The translations under genes were made by a program, and so were the position numbers. A model generated the notes under the pieces. The model had not been told where the DNA came from and searched no databases. It saw only the letters and a list, made by a program, of their open reading frames with translations. A DNA stretch of 63,307 bases from an uncultured Eubacteriales bacterium (lineage in GTDB: Bacteria; Bacillota; Clostridia; Christensenellales; CAG-138), in NCBI GenBank assembly GCA_900318765.1, contig ONLX01000122.1, positions 1 through 63,307 on the forward strand, in the 5' to 3' direction. Positions 41,687-50,980 of this stretch are shown here, in pieces (the first letter of the stretch is position 1; every line of letters starts with the position of its first letter).

Positions 41687-42967
41687 TTACACGATACCGG
41701 TAATGGTCAGACCATTGAGCCGGGTGAATTTCGGAATCACAATCGTATTATACTGTTCGGTTTCCTTCGAGCAGCGCATCGTAGGAATCACATCCTGCAT
41801 CTGCCCGGAAACGCTGCCTCCGGTGATGATCTCGGTTTTTCCATCGTGATGCCAATAGCCAAGCCGGATCTCGCCCATCAGGTCGCCGCCAACCGGATCG
41901 ACCTGAAAATCGGAGAACTCAACCAATTCGAGGGTATCGCCCGTACGCAGCTCTGCTTCGGTGGCCGTCCCGCCGGATACGACAAAGTTGTAAACGATCG
42001 AGCTGTCCTTCGCGCCGAGATACTCGCTCATCTGACGGCCGCCCCAAACGCTCTCCGCCACACCGTGACGGATCAGATACCGTTCCCGGATCAGCGCGCC
42101 TTCCTCATCGACCGGGAAGGATCGGGACGAGTTGTTAAGCTTCGCCGCCGCATAAACCGAGATGCGGTCGCCGGTCGTATACGGCGCAATCTGCGTGCCC
42201 GGGGTCCAATCGGACAGCTTCATAAACTGCAGCCGCGCCATCATGCGCGCGCCGAAATACCGATACAGCTCCGCTGCGTCTTCGGTGGAAAAGATGACGT
42301 CCGCCTTGCCGAGCTTCGGCGTGGGCTGCGCCGACAAACGATCCTTGCCGAACCGAAGCGCATCCGAAACATCCCGCGCGAGCTTCTCCGCGTCGCAAAC
42401 GCCGGAACGGAAGCAGCGATACAGTTCGATCTCGTGCCCATCCCGCGAAGCGTTGATCACGACTTCGATCATCGAATCCGGATATGTCACCGTATACGTG
42501 ACCCCGTTGGAGTTCTCAAACGTTTTCCGAACCTCCCGCACGAAAATCTCGTACGAATTGATCCGCTCGGTCGTTGTTTCCTGCACGGACTGCATCGCCG
42601 TCAGAAAGTTTTTCGCGATTGCTTCGACATCCGCCGGTTCGGACGGCTCCACCGTTACGGGGCGATCCGTCAGCGAATAGACCGGATTCTTGACAAGCGC
42701 CGCCTGAGCATACAGATTTTCCAACGCCTTCTTGGTCTCCGCTTCACAAGCCGTCGGATGAATGCTCCCGGATGCGGAGCCGAGGGTCTTTCCGTCCTCG
42801 GAGAGCCGGTACAGTTTGGCTTCCAACGTCCGCGTCGTGACGACGCGATTCTGATCCAACCGATGACGGATGAAGTAGAATTCCCATGCCGTACGGGAAA
42901 CCTCCGTCAATTCATACATGGTGCAGCCGATTTCGTTCAACTGCCGTTTGATTGATTCAAACATCAT
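41687..42967 (-). CDS. pmbA: PmbA/TldE-family metalloprotease subunit
   Basis: Start moved to ATG 42967 (MMFESIKRQL), overlapping the tldD stop (ATGA-type coupling). TldD/PmbA-fold C-terminus (...VEFSDFQVDPVGGDLMGEIRLGYWHHDGK...). Confidence 0.75.
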   Translation of the reverse strand: MMFESIKRQLNEIGCTMYELTEVSRTAWEFYFIRHRLDQNRVVTTRTLEAKLYRLSEDGKTLGSASGSIHPTACEAETKKALENLYAQAALVKNPVYSLTDRPVTVEPSEPADVEAIAKNFLTAMQSVQETTTERINSYEIFVREVRKTFENSNGVTYTVTYPDSMIEVVINASRDGHEIELYRCFRSGVCDAEKLARDVSDALRFGKDRLSAQPTPKLGKADVIFSTEDAAELYRYFGARMMARLQFMKLSDWTPGTQIAPYTTGDRISVYAAAKLNNSSRSFPVDEEGALIRERYLIRHGVAESVWGGRQMSEYLGAKDSSIVYNFVVSGGTATEAELRTGDTLELVEFSDFQVDPVGGDLMGEIRLGYWHHDGKTEIITGGSVSGQMQDVIPTMRCSKETEQYNTIVIPKFTRLNGLTITGIV

Positions 42968-44400
42968 CCGAGCCTCGCTTTCGTCTTGAGATACGGGCCT
43001 CCGTCCGCAACTTTGACCCATTCCTTATAGCCTTTGCCGCATCCTCCGTTGCCTTCGACAACGCGATCCGTGCTTGCCATGGTGATTCCGCCGAGCAGAT
43101 CCGGCACGTAACCGGTCATGATGACCGGGGAGACGACCTTGCCGGTCAGTTTTCCATCCCGGATTTCATATCCGCGCGCGATGATGCATTGGATGCCCCA
43201 ATGCTTCGGATCCTCCATTCCGCTTTCGGTCCCGGAAAGCAGGTACCCGTGTCGGATCGATTCAATCATCTGTTCGACCGAATCCGTTCCGGAATCAAAC
43301 ATCGTATTTGTCATACGCGTGTATACCTTATGCGCGTAGTTTTCACGCTTGCCGTTCCCCGTCGGCACCGTGCCGAGACGCAGCGCGGAAAGCGCATCGC
43401 AAATACCGGTCTTTAAAATGCCGCGATCGATTTCGATCACGTCGCCCGCAAGCGTTCCCTCGTCGTCAAACGCGAAGGATGTGACGCTCTCGGCGCACAG
43501 CGCACCTTCATGCATCGTAACAAGCTCGGAACCGACGCGTTTTCCGATATAGTCCGCACCGAGCGCACGCTCCTTTACAAACATGTCCATCTCGACGCCG
43601 TGTCCGAACGCTTCGTGCGCTATCAGACCGGAGATACCCGGATCCGTGACAATCTCATACTCACCCGGAACGATCTTCTCCGATCCAAGCAGATCTGCCA
43701 TCTGTTTCGGGAGCTTTTCCAGTACGCCGTTCAGTCCTTCCAGAATCTCCGGTCCGCCGAGTCCCGAAACGCCTTCGTACGCGTTCTTGATTTCGCCCTC
43801 CGCATTCGGGCCGAACGCAGAGATGCTGCCCTCGGTGTAGACGTAGCTCTGTCTCAGATCGCGGTTTGCGGTCAGGAACAGTTTGGAAATGTGTGTGGAC
43901 ATACCGCGCACGTTGCAGTCGATCGCGCCTTCGATCGTAGCCATTCCGCGATCGGAAAGGCGCATCAGAAATCCGACAAGCGCTTCAACATTCTCGGTCT
44001 CCGGGAGCCGTTCCGTCTCCTTCTCGACGCGCAGCGTAAGCGGCTCGTCCGATAGGATTCCCGTGGTATAAATCTGTGCATTCGTTGCCTTCAGCAGCGC
44101 AAGCTGTGCATCCAGTGCTGCCTTCAGCCGTTCTGCTGTCGCTTCGGGATGCTCCGGGTCAAATTCATTGAACGCATACTCGCTGTACAGTCCGTTTTGC
44201 ATGACGCGAACGACCGAGCCGCGCTCCGTAGTCATCGTTTCATTGGTAACCGATTTGTTGCGCTGCGACATTGTGATCGTGAACCCGATCGAGTCGGTAG
44301 ACAGGACGCTGACATAGTCATACGTATCCCCGAGCGCGTTCACAACCGCTTTCAATGCAGGCGCAATCCCGTCCAGATAGGCGGAAAACGGTGCTTTCAT
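42964..44400 (-). CDS. tldD: TldD-family zinc metalloprotease
   Basis: Start moved to ATG 44400 (MKAPFSAYLD), with SD AAGGAGGAA. Catalytic motif HEAFGHGVEMD. Confidence 0.88.
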   Translation of the reverse strand: MKAPFSAYLDGIAPALKAVVNALGDTYDYVSVLSTDSIGFTITMSQRNKSVTNETMTTERGSVVRVMQNGLYSEYAFNEFDPEHPEATAERLKAALDAQLALLKATNAQIYTTGILSDEPLTLRVEKETERLPETENVEALVGFLMRLSDRGMATIEGAIDCNVRGMSTHISKLFLTANRDLRQSYVYTEGSISAFGPNAEGEIKNAYEGVSGLGGPEILEGLNGVLEKLPKQMADLLGSEKIVPGEYEIVTDPGISGLIAHEAFGHGVEMDMFVKERALGADYIGKRVGSELVTMHEGALCAESVTSFAFDDEGTLAGDVIEIDRGILKTGICDALSALRLGTVPTGNGKRENYAHKVYTRMTNTMFDSGTDSVEQMIESIRHGYLLSGTESGMEDPKHWGIQCIIARGYEIRDGKLTGKVVSPVIMTGYVPDLLGGITMASTDRVVEGNGGCGKGYKEWVKVADGGPYLKTKARLG

Positions 44401-44455
44401 AAGGTTGGGATTCCTCCTTTGCGTTTCGATGCGATCAGTATACCATGCGATAGGC

Positions 44456-44518
44456 AAAAAGAAAAGGACTTTTGCAGGGATTCGATCGGATTTCACCAAT
44501 CGTTGTCCGCAAAAGTCC
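44456..44518 (-). terminator. terminator-like hairpin with an unusually large loop after the TRIC gene
   Basis: GGACUUUUGC (44518-44509 on the minus strand) pairs with GCAAAAGUCC (44475-44466) around a 33-nt loop, followed by UUUUCUUUUU. An extended -10 (TGgTATACT, 44445-44437) follows and could serve tldD. Confidence 0.5.
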
Positions 44519-44532
44519 GGTTCAACCGTTGT

Positions 44533-45159
44533 TCATTTCGCTTTGGGAAGGTTCCAATGAAAGTGCGCTGCCAACAATCGCAACAGGATCGTGATCCCCA
44601 TCCCGGCCAGCATCGCGAGGATGCTTCCGACCGGCCAGAGCAGCGCGCACGCAATCGCGCCGATCAAAGCGGCGCAGGCATAGAAATGCTTGACAAAGAC
44701 GTATGGCATCGTTCCGGCCAGCACATCCCGCAAAATTCCGCCGCCGACAGCCGTCAATGCGCCGATAAACGACGTCAAAAACAGATTCGCGTCCGGAAAC
44801 GCCGCATAAGCGGCCTGCACGCCGACCACCGTAAACACGCCGAGACCGACCGCATCGATCACACGGAGCGTCAGCTCGTACGCACGCGTATGCTGTGTAA
44901 ACGCACGGCGTACCGCCGGAATAAACACAATGATGCTGACGCCGATCGCGGTCAGAGCGTACACCGGGTTCCGAAACACGGTCGGAGGCGCAATGTTTAA
45001 AAGCAGATCGCGTACTGCTCCGCCGCCCGTCGCCGTAACCATGCCCAAAATGGCAATGCCGAAGAGATCCATCTTCTTCTGAACGCCGACCATCGCGCCG
45101 GAGATTGCAAACGCGACCGTCCCGATCATTTCAAGGACGAAAAGAAAGACGTCTTTCAT
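44533..45159 (-). CDS. TRIC-family (UPF0126/YadS) cation channel
   Basis: 208 aa. Two internal repeats, each with a Gly-rich GGGxxRD motif (TATGGGAVRDLLL and TAVGGGILRDVLA). Confidence 0.85.
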   Translation of the reverse strand: MKDVFLFVLEMIGTVAFAISGAMVGVQKKMDLFGIAILGMVTATGGGAVRDLLLNIAPPTVFRNPVYALTAIGVSIIVFIPAVRRAFTQHTRAYELTLRVIDAVGLGVFTVVGVQAAYAAFPDANLFLTSFIGALTAVGGGILRDVLAGTMPYVFVKHFYACAALIGAIACALLWPVGSILAMLAGMGITILLRLLAAHFHWNLPKAK

Positions 45160-45173
45160 ACTTCCCCGCCCGA

Positions 45174-46022
45174 TCAGATCGCGATCGGAATGCCCTTGAT
45201 TTGTTCGCCGAATTGATAGCCCTCCAGCATTACGTCCTCGGGCTTGAAATCGTAGAAGTTCTTTACTTCCGGATTCAGAAGGAAGTTCGGGGCCGGGAAC
45301 GGCTCCCGCCGAATCAATTCCTCGATAATCGGGATGTGTCGATCATAGATATGCGCATCCGCAATCACATGCACAAACTCGCCGACCTCCATCTCGCAAA
45401 CCTGCGCCATCATATGCACCAGAACCGCATACTGCACAACATTCCAGTTGTTCGCGGCAAGCACATCCTGCGAGCGCTGATTCAGGATTGCGTTCAGAAC
45501 GAGTTTTCCGGTTTCCTTGTTCTTCGTGCAGTTGAACGTCATGCTGTACGCGCAGGGATACAGGTGCATCTCATGGAGATCCGAAAAGTTATAAAGATTC
45601 GTCATGATCCGGCGGCTGTATGGATTGTTTTTCAGATCGAAAATGACCCGATCGACCATGTCGAACATGCCTTCCCGATAAGCATGCTTTACCTGCATCT
45701 GATAGCCGTATGCCTTGCCGATCGATCCGGTTTCATCCGCCCATTCGTCCCAGATATGCGAATGCAGATCGTGAATGTTGTTCGACTTGCGCTGCCAGAT
45801 CCAAAGCAGTTCGTCAACCGCGGATTTGATCGCAGTGCGGCGCAGTGTCATGATCGGAAACTCTTTCCGAAGATCGTAGCGATTCACCACGCCGAATATC
45901 TTCACCGTATAGGCCGGTGTCCCATCCGGCCAATGCGGACGAACCTTCTCTCCGGTCGTATCCGTTCCGTTGTCGATAATATCGCGGCACATCGCGATAA
46001 AGACCTCGTCTGCGTAAGCCAT
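45174..46022 (-). CDS. thyA: thymidylate synthase (ThyA)
   Basis: 282 aa. LRRTAIKSAVDELLWIWQ, IWDEWADETGSIGKAYGYQM and the catalytic Cys context LYPCAYSMTF. Confidence 0.93.
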   Translation of the reverse strand: MAYADEVFIAMCRDIIDNGTDTTGEKVRPHWPDGTPAYTVKIFGVVNRYDLRKEFPIMTLRRTAIKSAVDELLWIWQRKSNNIHDLHSHIWDEWADETGSIGKAYGYQMQVKHAYREGMFDMVDRVIFDLKNNPYSRRIMTNLYNFSDLHEMHLYPCAYSMTFNCTKNKETGKLVLNAILNQRSQDVLAANNWNVVQYAVLVHMMAQVCEMEVGEFVHVIADAHIYDRHIPIIEELIRREPFPAPNFLLNPEVKNFYDFKPEDVMLEGYQFGEQIKGIPIAI

Positions 46023-46032
46023 GCTGCCCTCC

Positions 46033-48441
46033 TCAGCTCACTACGATATTCACAATATTCTTGACGACGATTACCTTGCGCACCGTCTTCCCTTCAAGAT
46101 ACGGCGCAATATCCTCGGATGCCGTTGCGGCTGCTTCGACAGCAGCTTTGTCCGCATCCGCCGGCATCGAGATGCGCGTCCGAACTTTTCCGTTCACCTG
46201 AACGCCGTATTCCACCTCAGTCGCGACAAGCGCGCTCTCGTCGTACGTCGGCCACGCGGCATGATGCAGCTGTTCCAAATAGCCGAGCTGCTCGTTCATC
46301 TCTTCGGTCATGTGCGGCGCAAACGGGTTCAGCAAGAGCAGCAGCGTATGCAGTTCCTCCCGCGTGAGGCTTCCCCTCGCGTAGAAATCGTTGACAAGCG
46401 ACATCATCGCCGCGATCGCGGTATTGAACTTCATATGTTCAATATCTTCGCTGACCTTTTTGATGCAGGCATGCACAGCGCTCCGCTGTTTTTCGTCGGT
46501 GTCGCCCTCGCCCTTGACCAGCTCCGACAACCGCCAGACGCGATCGAGGAATCGTTTGCAGCCGTTCGCGCTCTGTTCGCTCCACGGCGTTGCCGCCATG
46601 TAATCGCCCATGAACATAACGTATGTGCGGAGCGTATCCGCCCCAAGCCGATCGATGACGTCGATCGGATCGACAACGTTGCCCTTGGACTTGCTCATCT
46701 TATCGCCATCCGGTCCTAAAATCAGGCCCTGATAGCTGCGCTTGGCATACGGCTCCGGCGTATTGACTTCGCCGATGTCGTACAGAAAATGATGCCAGAA
46801 GCGCGAGTACAGCAGGTGCCGCGTGACGTGCTCCATTCCGCCGTTGTACCAATCGACCGGCATCCAATAGCGCATCTTTTCCGGATCGCAGAACCGTTCC
46901 GCATTGTGCGGATCGATGAATCGCAGATAATACCAGCTCGAGCCCGCCCACTGCGGCATTGTATCGGTCTCGCGCCGTGCGGGGCCGCCGCATTTGGGGC
47001 AGGTACAGTTCACGAACGATTCGATCCGCGCGAGCGGCGATTGCCCATCCGTTCCGGGTTCAAAGTTCTCAACATCCGGTAACTTGAGCGGAAGCTCCTC
47101 ATACGGTACGCCGACCGTTCCGCAGCTCGGGCAATGGATCAGCGGGATCGGTTCTCCCCAGTAGCGTTGGCGGTTGAACGCCCAATCCTTCATCTTGTAC
47201 TGTACGCCCTTTTGCCCGATGCCCTGTTCGACCAGGTAGCGGAGCATCGCGGCGATGGAATCCTTTTTGTTGTCGTAAACATTCAGGAAGCCCGAATTAA
47301 TCATCTTGCCGTTTCCGGTGTATGCTTCTTTTTCGACGTCGCCGCCTTCGATCACCGGGATGATCTTTGCGCCGAACTTCTTGGCAAATTCCCAGTCGCG
47401 CTGATCGTGCGCGGGAACTGCCATAATGGCGCCGGTTCCATAACCCATCATGACGTAATCGGCGAGGAAGATCGGAATCTCCGCTCCGTTTACCGGATTG
47501 ATCGCCGTAATCCCGTCGATCTTCACGCCGGTCTTTTCCTTCACGAGCTGCGTACGCTCAAACTCGGTTTTCTTGGCGCAGACGGCACGATAGGCCTCGA
47601 CCTCGTCCCAATTGCGGATCCGATCCCGATACCGATCCAACATCGGATGCTCAGGAGCCATGACCATGAAGGTCACGCCGAACAATGTATCGCACCGGGT
47701 GGTGTAGATTTCCAGTTTCTCGTCGGAATCTTTGATTGCAAAGTTTACGAATGCGCCGACGGATTTGCCGATCCAATCCACTTCCTGCTGCTTGATCGAA
47801 TCCGGATACTCCACATCCTGCAGCCCTTCGAGCAGCTTGTCGGCATATGCCGTGATCTTCAGGTACCAGACGTCCTTGGAGAGCTGCACCACGTCGCTGT
47901 GGCAGATGTCACACTTGCCGCCCTGCGAATCCTCATTCGAAAGGACCACTTTGCACGCCGGGCAGTAATTGACCTGCGTTTTGGCGCGGAACACGAGACC
48001 GTGATCGAACATCTTGCGGAAGATCCACTGCGTCCAACGATAGTACTCCGGCAAAGACGTTGCAATCTCGCGGCTCCAGTCGAACGAATAGCCGACGCGC
48101 TTCATCTGCTCTTTGAAGTGCTCAATGTTCTTCGTCGTAATCAGATGCGGATGCGTATTCGTCTTGATTGCATAGTTCTCAGCGGGCAGACCGAACGAAT
48201 CGAACCCCATCGGGAACAGGACGTTATAGCCCTGCATCCGGCGTTTGCGGGAAATCACTTCCAGGCTCGTATATGCCTTGATATGCCCGACGTGCATGCC
48301 CGCGCCGGACGGATACGGGAACTCAACGAGTCCGTAAAATTTCGGCTTCTTTGTATCTTCTTCCGCTGCGAAGCAGTTCTGCTCCGCCCAGATGGCTTGC
48401 CACTTCTGTTCGATCGCGGCAAAATCGTATCGTTCTGCCAT
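46033..48441 (-). CDS. leuS: leucine--tRNA ligase
   Basis: 802 aa. HIGH-type PYPSGAGMHVGH, a CP1 editing domain and KMSKSKGN. Confidence 0.97.
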   Translation of the reverse strand: MAERYDFAAIEQKWQAIWAEQNCFAAEEDTKKPKFYGLVEFPYPSGAGMHVGHIKAYTSLEVISRKRRMQGYNVLFPMGFDSFGLPAENYAIKTNTHPHLITTKNIEHFKEQMKRVGYSFDWSREIATSLPEYYRWTQWIFRKMFDHGLVFRAKTQVNYCPACKVVLSNEDSQGGKCDICHSDVVQLSKDVWYLKITAYADKLLEGLQDVEYPDSIKQQEVDWIGKSVGAFVNFAIKDSDEKLEIYTTRCDTLFGVTFMVMAPEHPMLDRYRDRIRNWDEVEAYRAVCAKKTEFERTQLVKEKTGVKIDGITAINPVNGAEIPIFLADYVMMGYGTGAIMAVPAHDQRDWEFAKKFGAKIIPVIEGGDVEKEAYTGNGKMINSGFLNVYDNKKDSIAAMLRYLVEQGIGQKGVQYKMKDWAFNRQRYWGEPIPLIHCPSCGTVGVPYEELPLKLPDVENFEPGTDGQSPLARIESFVNCTCPKCGGPARRETDTMPQWAGSSWYYLRFIDPHNAERFCDPEKMRYWMPVDWYNGGMEHVTRHLLYSRFWHHFLYDIGEVNTPEPYAKRSYQGLILGPDGDKMSKSKGNVVDPIDVIDRLGADTLRTYVMFMGDYMAATPWSEQSANGCKRFLDRVWRLSELVKGEGDTDEKQRSAVHACIKKVSEDIEHMKFNTAIAAMMSLVNDFYARGSLTREELHTLLLLLNPFAPHMTEEMNEQLGYLEQLHHAAWPTYDESALVATEVEYGVQVNGKVRTRISMPADADKAAVEAAATASEDIAPYLEGKTVRKVIVVKNIVNIVVS

Positions 48442-48480
48442 ACCAATGTCCTTTCCGACGGTTTTTTCCGATAATAATTT

Positions 48481-48509
48481 ACTTTAACTTTTTCCTCGAC
48501 GTTTGTCAA
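48481..48509 (-). promoter_or_regulatory. sigma-A-type promoter of leuS
   Basis: On the minus strand, TTGACA (48509-48504), a 17-nt spacer, then TAAAGT (48486-48481). Confidence 0.55.
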
Positions 48510-48513
48510 CCGC

Positions 48514-48542
48514 TTTACAAGAAATTGCGTTTATGGTATATT
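48514..48542 (+). promoter_or_regulatory. sigma-A-type promoter of lgt
   Basis: TTTACA (48514-48519), a 17-nt spacer, then TATATT (48537-48542). Confidence 0.55.
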
Positions 48543-48587
48543 AAATACAATCCATTCCATCGGAATGGATCCCGAAAGGAGATCCTT

Positions 48588-49553
48588 ATGGTAGGCGATT
48601 ATTTATTTCATATCGGCAACTTCGGCATTCCGTCGATGGGCTTTTGCATTCTGATCGGAACGATTCTTGCGATGGTGCTCTGCTACTGGGCGCGCCGCTT
48701 TACCAATCTCGATTGGAACAATGAGATACTCGACGGTGTGATCTGGGCGGTGATCGGCGGTTTCATCGGCATGAAACTGCTGTATTGGATCGTTACGCCG
48801 GACGTGTTCTTGGATGTTTTCCGCAACTTTACCTGGCGCGGACTCTGGGAGCTGATTACCTCCGGCATGGTCTTTTACGGCGGACTCGTCGGCGGTGTCG
48901 TCGGGCTGCTGCTGCTCTGTATCAAAAAGAAGCGCAATTTCTTTACGTTCTCCGATCTCATCGTGCCGTGCTTCTGCGTCGCGCATGCGGGGGGACGGAT
49001 CGGCTGCCTGCTCGTCGGCTGCTGCTACGGTATCGCAACGGGGGAGGAAGCGCTCGGTGGCCATTTCCATTATGACGGAACGTTTGCTGTACCGTATCGG
49101 GACGGCGTGATGCGTCTGCCGGTTCCTCTGATGGAATCGTTGTTCCTGCTGTTGCTTGCCGCTCTGCTGATTGTGATTCTGAAAAACAACAAGCATCGCG
49201 GCACCGTTACCGCTTGGTACCTGATTCTCTACGCCGTTTGGCGTTTTGTGATCGAATACTTCCGCGGCGACAAGATCCGCGGCATCTACGGCATCTTCTC
49301 GACCTCGCAGTGGATCAGCCTTGCGGTATTTGCGGCAGGCGTTGTCATTCTCGTGCTCTCGCGCAAGTGGTCCAAAGATGAACCGATCCGGGACTTTCAT
49401 GAAGAAGAGTTTTCCGTTCCCACGCCCGAGCAGGCGGACGGCGAAGAGATCGTTCTCGATGGGGAACCGGAGGCCGAAGCGAACGCAGATGTTGCCGAAA
49501 CGAATGCGGACGTTGCCGAAACAAGCGGCGACGGTTCGGACGGGCAGGAATAA
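48588..49553 (+). CDS. lgt: prolipoprotein diacylglyceryl transferase with an acidic C-terminal tail
   Basis: Start moved to ATG 48588 (MVGDYLFHIGNFGIPSMGFCILIG), with SD AAAGGAG. Conserved GGLVGG and AHAGGRIGCLLVGCCYG regions. The last 50 aa or so are acidic and low-complexity. Confidence 0.88.
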   Translation: MVGDYLFHIGNFGIPSMGFCILIGTILAMVLCYWARRFTNLDWNNEILDGVIWAVIGGFIGMKLLYWIVTPDVFLDVFRNFTWRGLWELITSGMVFYGGLVGGVVGLLLLCIKKKRNFFTFSDLIVPCFCVAHAGGRIGCLLVGCCYGIATGEEALGGHFHYDGTFAVPYRDGVMRLPVPLMESLFLLLLAALLIVILKNNKHRGTVTAWYLILYAVWRFVIEYFRGDKIRGIYGIFSTSQWISLAVFAAGVVILVLSRKWSKDEPIRDFHEEEFSVPTPEQADGEEIVLDGEPEAEANADVAETNADVAETSGDGSDGQE

Positions 49554-49564
49554 CGGATTCTGTT

Positions 49565-50920
49565 ATGTCATTGCAAAAAATCGTTCTGCTGCTGCTTTCT
49601 GTGCTGCTGCTCGGTTCGCTCGGCTGTTATGAACAAGCGGCCCAGGTCATGGTGCCGCCTCCCGCCGCATCCGACGCGCCGAGTCCGTCGCCGGATTCAA
49701 CCCCTGCCGTTTCCGAAATTTCGGTAAACGAAGTCGAGCCGACCGAGACGCCGACCACGGTTCCGACGGCTACGCCGTCTCCGGAGCCGACACCTTCACC
49801 AACTCCCGAACCGACCGCGACCCCTGTCCCTACGCCTCAGACCGCCGTCATCGGCGCCGTGGGCGACATTATGATTCCCAGCGGCATTATCGGAGACGTA
49901 CGCTCCGGCAGCAACTATGATTTTTCCGCGCTTTTCGCTCCGTGTGCCGAGTTGTTTTCCTCCGTCGATCTGATGTGCGCGAATCTCGAAGTTCCGCTCG
50001 CCGGTGAGAGCGCGGGATACAGCGCGATGTTGACCGGTGAAACCGGAATCCCACGATTCAATGCGCCGGATTCTCTTTTGGACGCATTGAAGGACGCCGG
50101 ATTTGATCTTTTGACGACTGCGAACAACCACGTTCTTGACAAGGAGACGGATGGAATGTATCGCACGACCGAAGTGATCCGCGACGCCGGGTTCTATCAA
50201 ACCGGAACGTTTCTCGATGAAGACGATCGTGAAACCCCCTGTATCATTGAAGTGAACGGGATTCGGATCGGGATTGTCGCCGCGACGCGCGTCATCAACG
50301 AGCGTATCAAACACATCACGATGGATGAAGCGCATGTTGCCGTCGGGCTGCTCTCGGAGGGTGATCAGCTGACCGACGATGTGCTGGAGGATCTGGAACG
50401 CGTAAAGGACGCAGGCGCCGAGTTTATCATCGTATTCGCGCACTGGGACTACGAAAACCCCAACCCCGTCGATAAGATTACGCGCAGACTTGCCGAGCAG
50501 CTTCTCAAAGCGGGCGCGGACTGCATCATCGGCTCTCATCCGCATTACGTGAAGAGCATTGAATATACGACCGTACTGCGCGGGCGGGAAGAATACACTG
50601 GGCTCGTTGCCTATTCGCTCGGAAACTTCACTGCCAACGAGGGGTTTGAGCGTTCGACGGGGCTATATCTCCAGTTAACACTGGAAAAGGACTTTGAGAC
50701 GGACACCGTTTCCCTGATCGATGCGGCATACCTGCCCACCTTCGTGATGCGCCGCGCGATCGAAAAGCCGCGCTTTGCTGCGTTCCCGGTATTTGAGGAT
50801 ACGTCCTCGCTGAAGCGATTCGATCTATCGCGCAATGAGCAAAAATCCTTCTCCCGCGCGCGGGAATACGCGATGAACGTGATCGGCGAAGTGGACGGAT
50901 TGCGGCTCCTGGACGAATGA
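49565..50920 (+). CDS. CapA-family (PGA_cap metallophosphatase-like) lipoprotein
   Basis: 451 aa. Lipobox LLGSLGC, a PT-rich linker, then GAVGDIMIP, ANLEVPLAG, TTANNHVLD and HWDYE motifs. Confidence 0.85.
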   Translation: MSLQKIVLLLLSVLLLGSLGCYEQAAQVMVPPPAASDAPSPSPDSTPAVSEISVNEVEPTETPTTVPTATPSPEPTPSPTPEPTATPVPTPQTAVIGAVGDIMIPSGIIGDVRSGSNYDFSALFAPCAELFSSVDLMCANLEVPLAGESAGYSAMLTGETGIPRFNAPDSLLDALKDAGFDLLTTANNHVLDKETDGMYRTTEVIRDAGFYQTGTFLDEDDRETPCIIEVNGIRIGIVAATRVINERIKHITMDEAHVAVGLLSEGDQLTDDVLEDLERVKDAGAEFIIVFAHWDYENPNPVDKITRRLAEQLLKAGADCIIGSHPHYVKSIEYTTVLRGREEYTGLVAYSLGNFTANEGFERSTGLYLQLTLEKDFETDTVSLIDAAYLPTFVMRRAIEKPRFAAFPVFEDTSSLKRFDLSRNEQKSFSRAREYAMNVIGEVDGLRLLDE

Positions 50921-50933
50921 GTTTCTCTACAGC

Positions 50934-50975
50934 AAAAAAGGCAATTGTCACGCAATCGGACAATTGTCTTTTTTA
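50934..50975. terminator. bidirectional intrinsic terminator
   Basis: CAATTGTC (50942-50949) pairs with GACAATTG (50959-50966). The stem is extended by the flanking A-tract and U-tract. Confidence 0.75.
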
Positions 50976-50980
50976 TTGAT

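Noticed and set aside
48442-48587. Expected a Leu T-box riboswitch upstream of leuS.
   Set aside because: Only about 146 nt separate leuS from lgt, and two promoters occupy most of it. There is no specifier-loop/T-box sequence (GGUGGUACCGCG-like) and no terminator/antiterminator pair.
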